In this document: in pieces, positions 37,488 to 49,423 of the stretch
Layout: every line of letters starts with the position of its first letter
How positions within the stretch are numbered: the stretch's first letter is position 1
Made by a program: the position numbers and the translations under genes
Assembly (NCBI GenBank): GCA_030390025.1
Contig: CM059432.1
Location: 106,890,001-106,954,000, forward strand
Direction of reading: 5' to 3'
DNA from: Squalus acanthias
Taxonomy: Eukaryota
Length of the DNA stretch: 64,000 bases
Notes under the pieces: generated by a model
Database searches by the model: none
The model's input: the letters and a program-made list of their open reading frames with translations, nothing else
Told to the model about the DNA's origin: nothing

Positions 37488-37738
37488 TCACAGGGGTAGG
37501 CACTTGGGTGATTGTTTCTGTTTATTGATGAAATGCCATCCCTGTGTGAATGTATTAAAATGTGATGGCAAACTGTTGGCGTGATGGCATCTGTTATTTC
37601 GGCTTAGGTAGCTCCACATTGCGGGCTCCGCGACACTTGCGTGGTCAGGTTGGTGGTCAGAGTGAAAGGAGGCCGGAAAGTCATGTCCATTGTCTATCAT
37701 GTGTTAAGGAGCCAAGCGCATGTACCACAATGGGCAAC

Positions 37739-38907
37739 CTATGCAAATCTGGCCAGGATGAGTGCATCCCTTGCATCACGGGCAGCCATGACGTGCTGCT
37801 GCTGGTAGATGCGCCGCTGCTCAGCCCTCCTCCTCCTCATCCTCATCTGAGGAGGCTATGAACTGAGCCACTTGCTCATCAGGAAGCTGCAAGCCACAAT
37901 GCTGTGCCATGTTGTGCAGTGCACAGCAGACCACGACCATTCTGGAGACCCTGGCTGCTGAATACTGCAGGGCTCCACCTGATCTGTCAAGGCATCGGAA
38001 TCGCATCTTCAGCAAGCCAATAGTTTGTTTGATGATGGACCTTATCGAAATATGGCCGGCGTTGAAGCGCTCCTCAGCCTCGTTAGCTGGCCTCCTGATC
38101 GGCGTAATTAGCCACTTCTTCAGGGGGTCGCCCTTGTCACCAAGGAGCCATCCGTTAAGTTGGTTTGGCGGATTGAAGAGTGGAGGAACACTAGAGTTCC
38201 GCAGGATGAACAAGTCATAGCAACTACCACAGAACTTGCCGCAAACATGCAAAATCTCCTTGTGGTTACACATCAGCTGTACGTTGAGGGAGTGGAAGCC
38301 CTTGCGGTTGACAAAGATAGCTGGGTTGTGATGGGGTGCAGTCTATGACGCCCTGCACCATTGGCAAGCCTGCCATATTTGCAAAGCCAACTGAACGCGC
38401 GGTTACACTTGCTTGATCCCTTGAGAAGTGGATGTAATTGTGGACCTTTGCGAAAAGGGTATCGGTAACCTGCGTGATGCAACTGTGGGCGGCTGACTGG
38501 GAGATGCCGCTGATGTCTGCTGATGATCCCTGGAAGGAGCCTGAGGCAAAAAAGTTGAGTACGGTGGTGACTTTGACAGCCACTGGTAAGGGGTGTCCAC
38601 CCGCTCCTCTGGGCTCCAGGTGTTGGTGCAGCAGTGCGCAGATGTCTCCGACAACCTCTCGCGAAACTTCCTTTGGCACTGCTGCTCACTCATGTTGAGG
38701 TAGCTCATGCTCTGTCTGTAAACCGAGAGGTGGGTATCTCCTGCGGCGACGTGCTGCCATGCGCTGGCACCTTCTGCCCTGTGCACCATCAGGTGGGTGA
38801 GCAGGCGGTTGGCGCTGTTGCTGCTGAGCTGCCTGGTTCTGCTGCTGCCATGGCTGCTCCTCATCCAAATCTGAGCTCCATGATGAAAGGAAACAAATGG
38901 TTCCCAT
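37739..38907 (-). pseudogene. Harbinger (HARBI1-like, DDE_Tnp_4) transposase, frameshifted
   Basis: [55 protein letters not shown] and CCALHN motifs spread over several frames. About 4 frameshifts. Confidence 0.9.
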
Positions 38908-39656
38908 GCTGCTGGCAGATACCTCCGTTGGGGAAGCGCTCAGTCCAAGCGTGGAGATGGTTTTCCAAGGAAGTCCCACAGTTGAGAGATAGAAGCTGCA
39001 GCACCTCCGACTTCGGTAGGCCTGCTAAAAGTGCTGAAGGACCTGTGGAACAAAAGTTCTGTCACCTGCAACTGATCCCTGTTGAAAGCTCTGTTTTAAT
39101 GGTGGAGCTGCAGCTGTGAGGAGGCCACCCACTTGTCAACCCACCAGGATTAGCTGGCGTGGTTTAGGTGGGTCATGCAACACGCGCAAAATGTGGCAAA
39201 ATAACAAAGGCCTGTCAAAATAGGATTATAGAGGACCTTAACCACTATTTAAGGGTTTTAACTACCTCTCCCGACTGATGGAGGCGGGACCGAATCGCAC
39301 CCAAAATTGCGCGGAGGCGGGTTCCGAACCCGCGCTCACTTTTTGCAATTTTCCCAACTGTCCCGCCTCCTCGGGGCTGGGAAAATCGCGGCCTTAATGT
39401 TCATGATAAAAAATGGTTATTTAGAATACTCATGTATTTCCTCTACGCATTGCTAATTATTACTTCTTTATTCGTTGCAGACAATAAGGTAGATTTTCCT
39501 GGATACAGCACCCCATTTCCAAATGCAATTTATTGTCAAATTAAACATTATCTCACTGTGTTTGTCTAGGGCCCCTAGCACTGCTTCTATTTGTCCTGAC
39601 CAATGCACATTGTTACACCTCAGGAAGGCATTAGTATTTAAATTCTATGTAACTGT

Positions 39657-40855
39657 GGCCCCGATATTAACCCGGAGATGGGAACGCGCCACGCGAGGCA
39701 GTTAGTGGGCGCAAAACTGCAGCATCGCGTGACATGTAAGCCTGGACGATTTTAAGAGCCAGGCGTTATTTAAATAAAGCTTCCAGGTTCCTCGATGGAA
39801 TGACGTGTTTGCGAGTGTGTTGTCCACCACATGATGCAATTTTCTGGCCAGTATTTAAAAGCTCAGTCCACCGCTGCAAGGGAGTCTGAGGGAAAGGACT
39901 GAGGAAAGTATAAAGATAAATTGCCACTTGAAATGTTTTCTGCAAAGAGAGGGAAGGTGGCCCCCAGGTTCTTGATGCTTCCCTGGAGCTAATGCTGGGT
40001 GCAATGAGGGCCAGGAGGGAAGTGTTGTTCACCATAAGTGGGAAGAAAAACCTGCTGCCACAATCAAAAGGGCCTGGACTGAGGTGGTTGAGGAAGTGAG
40101 CAGCAGGAGCGTGACGCCGAGGACCTGGATCTAGTACAGGAAACTCTTCAATGACCTGACTAGGTCAGGACACATCCTTCTTTACCCATCTCCTGCAATG
40201 CACCTCCTTCCACTACCTCTTGTCCATCCTACACCATTCACACCGCTCCTGACCCCTGTATTACTGTCCTCACCACTAATCACAATGGTACACACTCATC
40301 CTCACACTCCTTACACATACCAGGGCGAAACATGGGGGGGAGATATTAGGCTGTCGTAAGATGACGGCATCATGGCAGCTCGGGCACATACCTACATGAA
40401 TTGCTTCTTGGCATTGCACGAGTTGAACGTTAATGGAGTAGCAACCCTTGCGGTTAACAAAAGCTTCTGGCTGGTTGGTGGGTGCACTGATCGCTATGTG
40501 TGTGAAGCCAGCAAGAGCTGCAAATCCAATGCTCTGTCAGTCTGCCTGTTATCATTAGTTGTGAAGGAGATATATCTACTTGCCCTGGCAAATAATTATT
40601 GGCCACCTACCTGATGCATTTGTGGGCGGCTGACTGCGACACCCTATGGCAGCCTGGAAGGATCCAGAGGTAAAATTGCATCATAGAACTCCGATTTACA
40701 TATATTCATGAGCATCCGGCTTCACTACAGCGAGAGACTCGTCAACCCTGATACTTGCTGCCATTAATATTGTGGTGGTTGGGAACAGGGCGGAATTGCC
40801 ATTTCCAGGATTTTGACCGCTCGCTCGACCCTTTGTGAGCAGCGCATCTGTGGCC
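39657..40855. mobile_element. Degraded Harbinger derivative
   Basis: Starts GGCCCCGATATT. Myb remnant on + (~39950-40170) and transposase remnant on - (VNRKGCYSINVQ, ~40330-40670). Right end approximate. Confidence 0.6.
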
Positions 40856-42431
40856 TGCTTATTGCAGTGAGGCACCCCAGAATGGCAGATGTTATCCGGG
40901 TCAAGTCACCGCTGCAAAACTTCAAGGAGCAAAAAAAAATTCAGATGTGTGATGAATTGGAATTTGACTGAGATGAGCTGAGCTGAATTTTTAAAATTTG
41001 TAATATTTTTGTAATGTTAAATTCAGCATATATAGGAGTAACTCCCAACGCTGCACACAGCATTATTTCTGTACACTAAGCCAGTATCCTGAAATTAGTC
41101 TCAACAATATTTCACCAAAAGTGCTGATTAACTATTCATTAAAAATGACCTCAAACATTCTGTGCCACTTTTTGCAACACCTGAGGAGGCCAGGCATCAT
41201 TCCATTCCATTCACACAGCCAGGAGCATCCTGCTCCCACATCAAAGGTTAGGTGTTCCACCCAGGATAGTAACTTCAGCAACTTGAGGGAGGCAACGGAA
41301 AAGTCTTTCTCAAACATAAAGGGTGAGCAGTGTCCTCACCAGCAGAGCAAGAAGCTGTTTGTGTTTGGAAAAAGTCTGGACCAGCTAGATTCAGGAGCTT
41401 CGCAGGAGAAGGCGAGTTAGTAAGTTACGACTTTATTGTTTTTCATAACCAAGGAACGCAAGACAATTGCCTATTCTCACTGTGGGAACTCTATACTGTT
41501 CGTTCATGTATTTTATATAAAACAAACCAGCTCATTGATTGGAAGCTGTGCCTGTTCTGATTGCTTTTCAGTCTGTGTTCCTTAAAGAGAAGAGATTTCA
41601 TCTGTAGGCATGAACGATATTTCAGGCAAGGTAAGAGAACTCAGCTAATGCTACCAAGAATGTACCTGGGGCCAATTTCTTTCTGCTATAAAGTGAGAAT
41701 GCTCTCTGGTTGTCAGGAGATGTCAGCAGGATGGGCTTGATAACAGGTTACACTTTAGACTTTTAGTGGGGTCCATGCATGTAAGAATGCAAGTAAAGGA
41801 ACACTTGCAGGTGAAGCTAGGGGTGTAAAGGACTTCATGAAATATTAGTGCTTTAATGCAGTGAGGGCAAGCTGATTGTAAGTGGCAAATAGGCTTAGTA
41901 CAGTGCACTCTTGGTAGGATTGGCTGAGTCCTCTTCCCTTGCCTGACCTGGTAAGGTCATTAAACTTTTTGTGCCACTGAGTTGCCACACGAGGTTATGG
42001 AGGTGGCCTCTCCTTTCACTGTGCCTTCTTCCTTCCTAAGCCTTATTTGCGCCAGTGGCACTTCCACTGATGCATCTGAAAACTTGAGGGCTTTGTTCCC
42101 TGCAGCAAGCCCCAGACATTCTGCAATGATTTTAAGTCCTCCTTCCCAAAAAACAATCCGCAATAATGCCTGGCCTATTAGCCTAGCGAGGCGTTAAAAT
42201 CTTGCAGCATCTCATCATTTCTCACCACCCTCCTGCTGCTTTTGGCAATACCACCGGGAACCTGCATACAATACTTAATTGAAGCTGACCCAAGCAGGAT
42301 CAGTGCCAAGTCTGTCAGGTGGGTGGACTGGGAAACCTGCCCCACCATAATTCTGGCAGCAGTACCAAAATCCAAGCGCCAAGTCTGACATCCAGGGGTG
42401 TAATCAGAAAATGTTAAATTGTGCACACCTC

Positions 42432-42630
42432 TTCCAAATGGTGTCCACCATGGCCATTGGTACAGATATTCCTGGGGTGGTCTGGGGTAGTTTCCAAATG
42501 GTGTCCACCATGGCCATTGGTGCAGATATTCCTGGGGTGGTCTGGGGTAGTTTCCAAATGGTGTCCACCATGGCCATTGGTGCAGATATTCCTAGGTGGG
42601 TCTGGGGTAGTTTCCAAATGGTGTCCACCA
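42432..42630. repeat. 60-bp tandem repeat, ~3.3 copies
   Basis: Unit TTCCAAATGGTGTCCACCATGGCCATTGGTGCAGATATTCCTGGGGTGGTCTGGGGTAGT, aligning in register across the 60-nt lines. Confidence 0.95.
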
Positions 42631-43539
42631 CGGAAACCATGTGAACATATTCCTTGGGGGGGGGGGTGCGGAGAGGGGGGTTAGTATTTTCAAATAGTGC
42701 CCACCAAGGTCACTGGTACACACATTCCGGGGGGGGGGGGGGAGGGCAAAGAGCATTCCCCAGAAAAGGTTGAATTTTACATTAAATATGATGCATTCTG
42801 GTTAATTTGAAAAGTTTTTTTTTAAACTTCATAATTGATGGATTAGTGGAAGTACAGGAAAAATAGTGTCATTTGGAATTATCCATGTTCAACAATCCAA
42901 CCAGACCGTCACTTCAACAAAGACTACCTTAACGGCCACTCTCCCCCTTCACTGGAGCACTCTTTCCTCCCCTCCATCCAGTTACCACTGGCAGTCAGTG
43001 CCTTCAGCTGCCTAGGCCTGAAGCTCTAGAATTACCTCTCCAAACCTCACTGCCTCTTTCCTCCTTTAAGTTGCTCCTTAAAATCTACCTCTTTGATCGA
43101 ATTTTTGATCACCTAATATCTTTTTATTTGGCATGGAATCAAATTTTGTCCAATAACGCTCCTATGAAGCGCCGTGGGATGTTTTACGTTTTATTACATT
43201 AAAAGCGCTATATGAATGCAAGTTGTTGTTGTCTCCTTCCCCCCAACTCGCAGTGCCTCTCCTGCTACTCTGATGGATGAAATACTCCTATGGGCCGTAG
43301 GTCACACTACAGCAGTGGCTTCTCCTTCAGAGCAACAGGAAGCCGATGCGGGAGCTGGGCAGCTTTTCATTGTGCGAAGTTAAAAACAGCATGCAAGCAT
43401 GTTCACCGGCTGCACCCATGCCTACACCCTGAGTACCACAAGATCACTGCACCAGACCCTGTGTACACAGAGACCCCAGGCCCCAGAGTCTGAGTAAATG
43501 GAGATCCAGATGATGTGTACACAGAGACCAAGGCCCTGG

Positions 43540-45960
43540 AAGGAAACCAGAAAATGCTAGAAACACTCAGCAGATCAGGCAGCAGCTATGGAGAAAAGAA
43601 AAAGGTTAGGTTAACATTTCAGATCAGAGCTATGCCTGCCTTTTCGTGGGATATGTAGAACATTCTTTGTTCCAGTCCTACTCAAGTCCCCTCCCTCACC
43701 TCTTTTTCCGGTACTGCTCTCGCCCCAAACTGGACATTTTCGTCAACTTTGCTTCTAATTTCAACCCCTCCCTCAGCTTCACATGGTCCATTTCCGACTC
43801 TTCCCTTCCTCGAATATCTCCATTTCTGGGGATAGGCTGTCAACCAATATCAACTATAACCCCCCCCCCCCCCCGCCTCCTACAGCTTCCTTGATTATAC
43901 TTCCTCCTACCCCACTTCTTGTAAGGACTCTATTCGATTCTCCCAGTTTCTCCGTCTCCGTTGCGCCTATTCTGAAGATGCCACCTTCCACACCAGTCCA
44001 TCTGATATGTCTTCCTTTTTCCTCAATCCAGGATTCCTCTCCACTGTGGTTGAAAGGGCTCTCGACCGCATCCGTCCTATTTCCCGCACTTCTGCCCTCA
44101 CCCCTTCCCCTCCCTCCCAGAACCACAACAGTACTCACCTTCCACCCCACCAGTCTCCACATTCAACGGATCATTCTCTGGCATTTCCGCCACTTCCAGC
44201 GCGATACCACCACCAAACACATCTGCCCTTCTCCTTTTTCAGCATTCCGAAGCGATCGTTCGCTCGGCGATTGAAGAGTATCCATTCTTAAATCACCTCC
44301 AACACCCACTCCCCTTCCCGTGCAAGTGCAGGCGATGCAACACCTGCCCTTTCACGTCCCCTCTTCCCACCGACCAGGGCCCCAAACACTCATTCCAGTT
44401 GAAACAGTGGCCCAGAAATTGGGGTTGGCGGCGTAGCTACGGAATACGCTGCCGATCTGCGAAAAGAATACAAACTTACCTTGTGCGAGGCCCCACACAT
44501 AGACTTGCTGTTTGGCGCTGCAGAGTTGTGCGCAGCGTATTACATCACGGAGGCCAGGAGCGCAGCGTAAGGCCTGTGCGTAAGGGGAAGACACGCCCAC
44601 AAAATCGGTCAAAACTAAGCCACGCCCACAGAAACTTCTTTCAGTCTCTTCCATTGAAATTACAATTAAAATTTTTTAAAACTTCTAAACTTTAAATTAA
44701 ACTGGTACTTGGACTTATTTCATATATCAGCATTTTGTTAAAACTATGTAACAAAATACCAACAATAATTTGGTATCTGTTTTCCACTTTGAAAGTTAAA
44801 AAAGATAATTTGAGGTCAATGGAAAGATTCTAGTCCTTCGACCGTTTACTAAAGTGAAATAAATCGTTTAGAAGTTCAACCTTCTATTGAGGTTAAAACA
44901 GTTTCTATCACTTGGGAAGTGTATTAAACATTACGATATTTATATTTCATACTAAGAAACATGTTCCTTTTCTTATTTGCACTAAGGAGTATTGTAGAGT
45001 GTTTTGCTAGCCCAAAGAATTACCTGTGCTGTACTTCATACATCCCGGCTTTTTAAATTAAGGATGTGTTCGGATTTATTTTATGTAAATCAGGTAAGAT
45101 TTTTATTCTTTTAAGGCTAGCATTTAATATCCTGTTAAAGGTCCATTACGACAGATTGCGATTCAACAGCAGTGAGGGGCATTGGCAATGATCCTTTTGA
45201 TTTACTAAACACCAGGCACGTAGCACACCAGCTGTGGGGCAGCTTTAAATGTATGATATAAAATAATTAATAGCAAATTGGTTTTATTTCATATATTTGG
45301 AGAAAGTATAAATGATCTGTGCCGAATGCCCAGTTCTTGATCGTACAATTGGAGTGCTGAAAACATTGATAATTTTAAATATGTCGTATTTTATATTTTT
45401 AATGTTTCCAAATGTTGCCACTAGGTACATATATTTTATTGTAAAGTGATACCAGAACGGTTAACAATCATTTCTGACGCACTCAAATGGGTTCCTTTCA
45501 CAGTGAAACAGGCTCCTGTGCCTGCTTTCACGAACCATAAAATTTTCGGAGGTAATTGGTGGGCAATTAGCCCAACTCTGCATCAGCAATGAATATTTCC
45601 CTGTCGGTGCAGATCATCTGTCGAGGCATACCTTGACAGATCGCAAGTTCGGGATTTAGCGCATGCGGTAAATTTCAAAGGCGGTATGATGGCATACTCT
45701 AAGATTACACCGTCAGACCCACCGCAAAATCTGTCCCAGCAAGTTACTTGTACTTCTTTCAATTTAGTATACTGTATTTGCTGCTCACGGTGCGGTCTCC
45801 TCGACACTGGGGACACCCAACGCAGATTGGGCGACCGCTTTGTGGAACACCTCGGTTCAGTCCGCAAGCGTGACCTTAAGCTTCCGGTCGCCTGTCATTT
45901 TAATTCTCTGCTCAACTCCCACTCTGACCTCTTACTCCTCAGCCTCCTACTCTGTTCCAA
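43540..45960 (+). mobile_element. Penelope-like retroelement fragment (RT C-terminus plus GIY-YIG), interrupted
   Basis: FVNFASNFNPSLSFTWSISDSSL, VLTFHPT and VYCICCSRCGLL.TG.TQRRLGDRFVEHL (GIY-YIG). Inverted terminal fragment at the 5' end. Confidence 0.8.
44409..45737. mobile_element. Non-autonomous TIR element (Harbinger-like) nested in Penelope
   Basis: Ends GGCCCAGAAATTGGGG and GGGACAGATTTTGCGG (reverse complement). Imperfect TSD AGT/AGC. The Penelope frame resumes at 45738. Confidence 0.65.
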
Positions 45961-45990
45961 TGGCAAACCCTGTGGTCATGGCCTTGGAGC

Positions 45991-46217
45991 CACAGACACC
46001 CCCGAGACCGGGACCCGGTGTGCATACACCCCCGGAGACCGGGACCCGGGGTCCAGACACCCCCGGAGACCGGGACCCGGGGTCCAGACACCCCCGGAGA
46101 CCGGGACCCGGGGTCCAGACACCCCCGGAGACCGGGACCCGGGGTCCAGACACCCCCGGAGACCGGGACCCGGGGTCCAGACACCCCCGGAGACCGGGAC
46201 CCGGGGTCCAGACACCC
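45991..46217. repeat. GC-rich 31-bp minisatellite, ~7 copies
   Basis: Unit CCAGACACCCCCGGAGACCGGGACCCGGGGT. Starts at 46053, 46084 and 46115 give a period of 31. Confidence 0.95.
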
Positions 46218-46239
46218 TTCAACTCCAGGCATTGTTTAA

Positions 46240-46425
46240 ACTGTGTTGTGGGGTGACGTAATCTTCGTGTTACGTGGTGACGCAATGTGCGTGTGTTATG
46301 CGGTGACGTTTTGCGTGTGTTACGAGGTGACGCAGGGTGCGGATCCAAAGTTTGGGCTGGAGCCGGGGAAAAAGCATCGATCGGCGGATCCGGGACCCTC
46401 GGCCCTGCCGCGCCTCACGGAGAAG
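46240..46425 (+). promoter_or_regulatory. CpG-island promoter and probable non-coding exon 1 of the ACVR1-family gene
   Basis: Dense CpG outside any recognisable transposon. Four TGACG motifs. Splice donor AAG|gtaaag at 46426. Lies upstream of the ATG exon. Confidence 0.55.
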
Positions 46426-46544
46426 GTAAAGGCCTGGGGGAGGGGGAGTGACTGTCAGCCCGGGGCTCATTCACACAAAGAGTCGGCTCGGTTCAGCTCA
46501 GAGCAGCCGCATCGGCCCGGCCCAACCTCATTCAGCACAGCACT

Positions 46545-46949
46545 GGGAGAGAGAGACTAGGAGAGGGAGAGAGACTGGGGGTAGGAGAGTGAGAGAGAGA
46601 CTGGGGGGCAGAGAGTGAGTGAGAGAGAGAGAGACTGGGGGTAGGAGAGGGAGAGAGAGAGAGACTGGGGGAGAGTGAGAGAGAGAGACTGGGGTAGGAG
46701 AGGGAGAGAGACAGACTGGGGGTAGGAGAGAGACTAGGAGAGGGAGAGAGACAGACAGGGGGAGAGAGAATAGGGGAGAGGGAGAGAGACACTAGGGGAG
46801 GGAGAGAGAGAGAGAGACTAGGGGAGGGAGAGAGAGAGAGAGACTAGGGGAGGGAGAGAGAGAGACTAGGGGGGGGAGGGAGAGAGAGAGACTAGGGCAG
46901 AGAGAGAGAGAGAGACGAGGGGAGGGAGAGAGAGAGACTAGGGGGGGGG
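46545..46949. repeat. GA-rich low-complexity repeat
   Basis: (GA)n interspersed with CTAGGGG/CTGGGGG, running into the gap. Confidence 0.95.
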
Positions 46950-47449
46950 NNNNNNNNNNNNNNNNNNNNNNNNNNNNNNNNNNNNNNNNNNNNNNNNNNN
47001 NNNNNNNNNNNNNNNNNNNNNNNNNNNNNNNNNNNNNNNNNNNNNNNNNNNNNNNNNNNNNNNNNNNNNNNNNNNNNNNNNNNNNNNNNNNNNNNNNNNN
47101 NNNNNNNNNNNNNNNNNNNNNNNNNNNNNNNNNNNNNNNNNNNNNNNNNNNNNNNNNNNNNNNNNNNNNNNNNNNNNNNNNNNNNNNNNNNNNNNNNNNN
47201 NNNNNNNNNNNNNNNNNNNNNNNNNNNNNNNNNNNNNNNNNNNNNNNNNNNNNNNNNNNNNNNNNNNNNNNNNNNNNNNNNNNNNNNNNNNNNNNNNNNN
47301 NNNNNNNNNNNNNNNNNNNNNNNNNNNNNNNNNNNNNNNNNNNNNNNNNNNNNNNNNNNNNNNNNNNNNNNNNNNNNNNNNNNNNNNNNNNNNNNNNNNN
47401 NNNNNNNNNNNNNNNNNNNNNNNNNNNNNNNNNNNNNNNNNNNNNNNNN
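46950..47449. other. Assembly gap (500 N)
   Basis: Run of N. Confidence 1.
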
Positions 47450-48268
47450 GGAGAGTGTGAGTCGGGTGGGGAGAGATTGACAGTGTGTGGTTGGGGGAGA
47501 GAGAGATGCTCCATGAATCTAAAAATCACTAGATTTTCCCCGGTATGGCCCGCATCTTTGTTGTCTCAACTTCATGGTACGCAGATTTGCATGTATCTGG
47601 CACGAAACGGGTTTAGCCATCCATAACGAGATTAGGTTGGACTACATCAAGCAGTATCCGGCCCCCACACTCCTCTGACAGAACCGCTCACTACTCCCGG
47701 ATTATCCTGAAGAGCAAAGATACCCCCGGCTTCACATTCCACTACCACCTCCTTGACCACCCCCCCCCCCCGATCCCTCCACCCTCGTCTTCAACAACAA
47801 GTGCGAGGAGCTTGCGGACTTTGTCACTAACATCGAGACCATCTGTGTAGTTGCCTCTTCTGCTTCTCCCCCACACCATTCCCCTTGCCCACCAAGCCAA
47901 ATCTCCCTTCAGGCTCTCCTCTCCCCTAACCCTGAACCCACGGCTTTCTCCAGTTTCTCTCCTATCTTGCCCCATGCCATATCCTTTTTTTTAATTGTTC
48001 ATGGGATGTGGACATAGCTGGCAAGGTCAGCTTTTATTGTCCAGGTGCTAGCTGAAGTCGTAAGTGATTGCCTCTCCTCAGATACTGTTCCTCTCGTTTT
48101 CAAAACCGCCATCATCAGCTCCCTCCTCAAAAGAAACTCCTTCAACCTCTCTGTTCTTGCACGCTACCACGCCAGCACCAACCTTCCTATCCTCTCCAAA
48201 GAACATGTTGTCACTTCCCAAATCCACGCCCATCTTTTCTGCAACTCCATGTTTGAATCTCTCGATCA

Positions 48269-48492
48269 GGTTTCTGTCCCTGCCACAACACTGAAAGGCT
48301 TCTGTCCCTGCCACAACACTGAAAGGTTTCTGTCCCTGCCACAACACTGAAAGGTTTCTGTCCCTGCCACAACACTGTAAGGTTTCTGTCCCTGCCACAA
48401 CACTGAAAGGTTTCTGTCCCTGCCACAGCACTGAAGGGTTTCTGTCCCTGCCACAGCACTGAAAGGTTTCTGTCCCTGCCACAGCACTGAAA
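48269..48492. repeat. 28-bp minisatellite, 8 copies
   Basis: Unit GGTTTCTGTCCCTGCCACA(A/G)CACTGAAA. Confidence 0.95.
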
Positions 48493-48866
48493 GGGCCCTG
48501 ACCAAAGTCACAAATGACTTCTACTGTGACTTTGTCCATGATGCATTATGCCTCCTTGACTTCTTTGCAACCTTTGATACGGTTGACCGAAACATTCTTC
48601 TCCAACTCCAGCTAAATCAGATTGTCCTCGCTTGTTTCTACTCTTAACCCACCTGATTGTAGCCAGAGCATCTCCAGTAATGCTTCTGTTCTCTCCCCTG
48701 CATCAATACCTCCAGAATTCCTCAAGGATCTGTCCTTCGACTCCTACTCTTTCTCATCTATATGCTATCCCTTGGCACCTGCTGATGGGGCAATTTCCAG
48801 ATGTATACTGATGGCACCCATCTCTACCTATCCACATTGCTCCACTACCTCGGTGTTATCAGACTA

Positions 48867-49423
48867 CAGGAAACTCTTGTTTATCCGGCACCCAAATATC
48901 CGGAATTCTCGCTTAACCGGCAAAAATCAGGAGTAGGTTCAGGTAAGTTTTACTATACAGACAAGACCCCGATTCTGACCTTTCGCCCCAACGAAAGGGG
49001 GGTCAAAGTTCTTCCGACTCGGACCTGTCGCCGCCACGGAGGAAGAAGCCGGAGTCTCGTGATTCGGAATACAGGACCGGCTCGGGGAGCTCATACCCAT
49101 CGCCCCCTCGGCAGAGGCTGCCCTCCCGTAAGCCGGCTCCCTCAGGATATAAAGGGTGCGATGATGGTTGCGCTGGCCCCAAGCACTCTCTGCTCGGTTT
49201 CCACAAACTCTAAAAAAAAAAAAATTGTTAAAACAATTGGAATACTGTAAAGGTTTCCTCCCATCGTGTTAGTTTACTTTCCCTCTCCGGGTTCCAATTT
49301 TTAAGCCTGTGGCCGTGTACGGGGCTCTCGTACCTTGGTAAGTATACCTCTCTGCAATCTGGAACTTTCGATCAACCGGCACCACGCCGGTCCCGTCAGT
49401 GCCGGATAATAAAGAGTTTCCTG
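48867..49423. mobile_element. Tc1/pogo (Tigger-like) MITE, second copy
   Basis: TIR CAGGAAACTCTTGTTTATCCGGCA. TA TSD. Ends shared with 19811-20223. Confidence 0.88.

Larger units (their letters stand above)
35197..39393. mobile_element. Full-length PIF/Harbinger DNA transposon
   Basis: TIR GGAGACGATTTTCCCA versus GGCCGCGATTTTCCCA. TSD TTA at 35194-96 and 39394-96. Convergent Myb/SANT and DDE transposase genes. Confidence 0.92.

Noticed and set aside
36337..37503. Antisense ORFs over the Harbinger Myb exon
   Set aside because: Shadows of a GC-rich coding frame with no recognisable domains.
45840..46348. Overlapping Pro/Gly-rich ORFs on both strands
   Set aside because: Translations of the 31-bp minisatellite.
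46792..47529. 245-aa ORF
   Set aside because: Artefact spanning the N gap and a GA-repeat.
42432..48492. CRISPR-like arrays (60-, 31- and 28-bp repeats)
   Set aside because: Head-to-tail tandem units with no unique spacers, no cas genes, and a vertebrate context.
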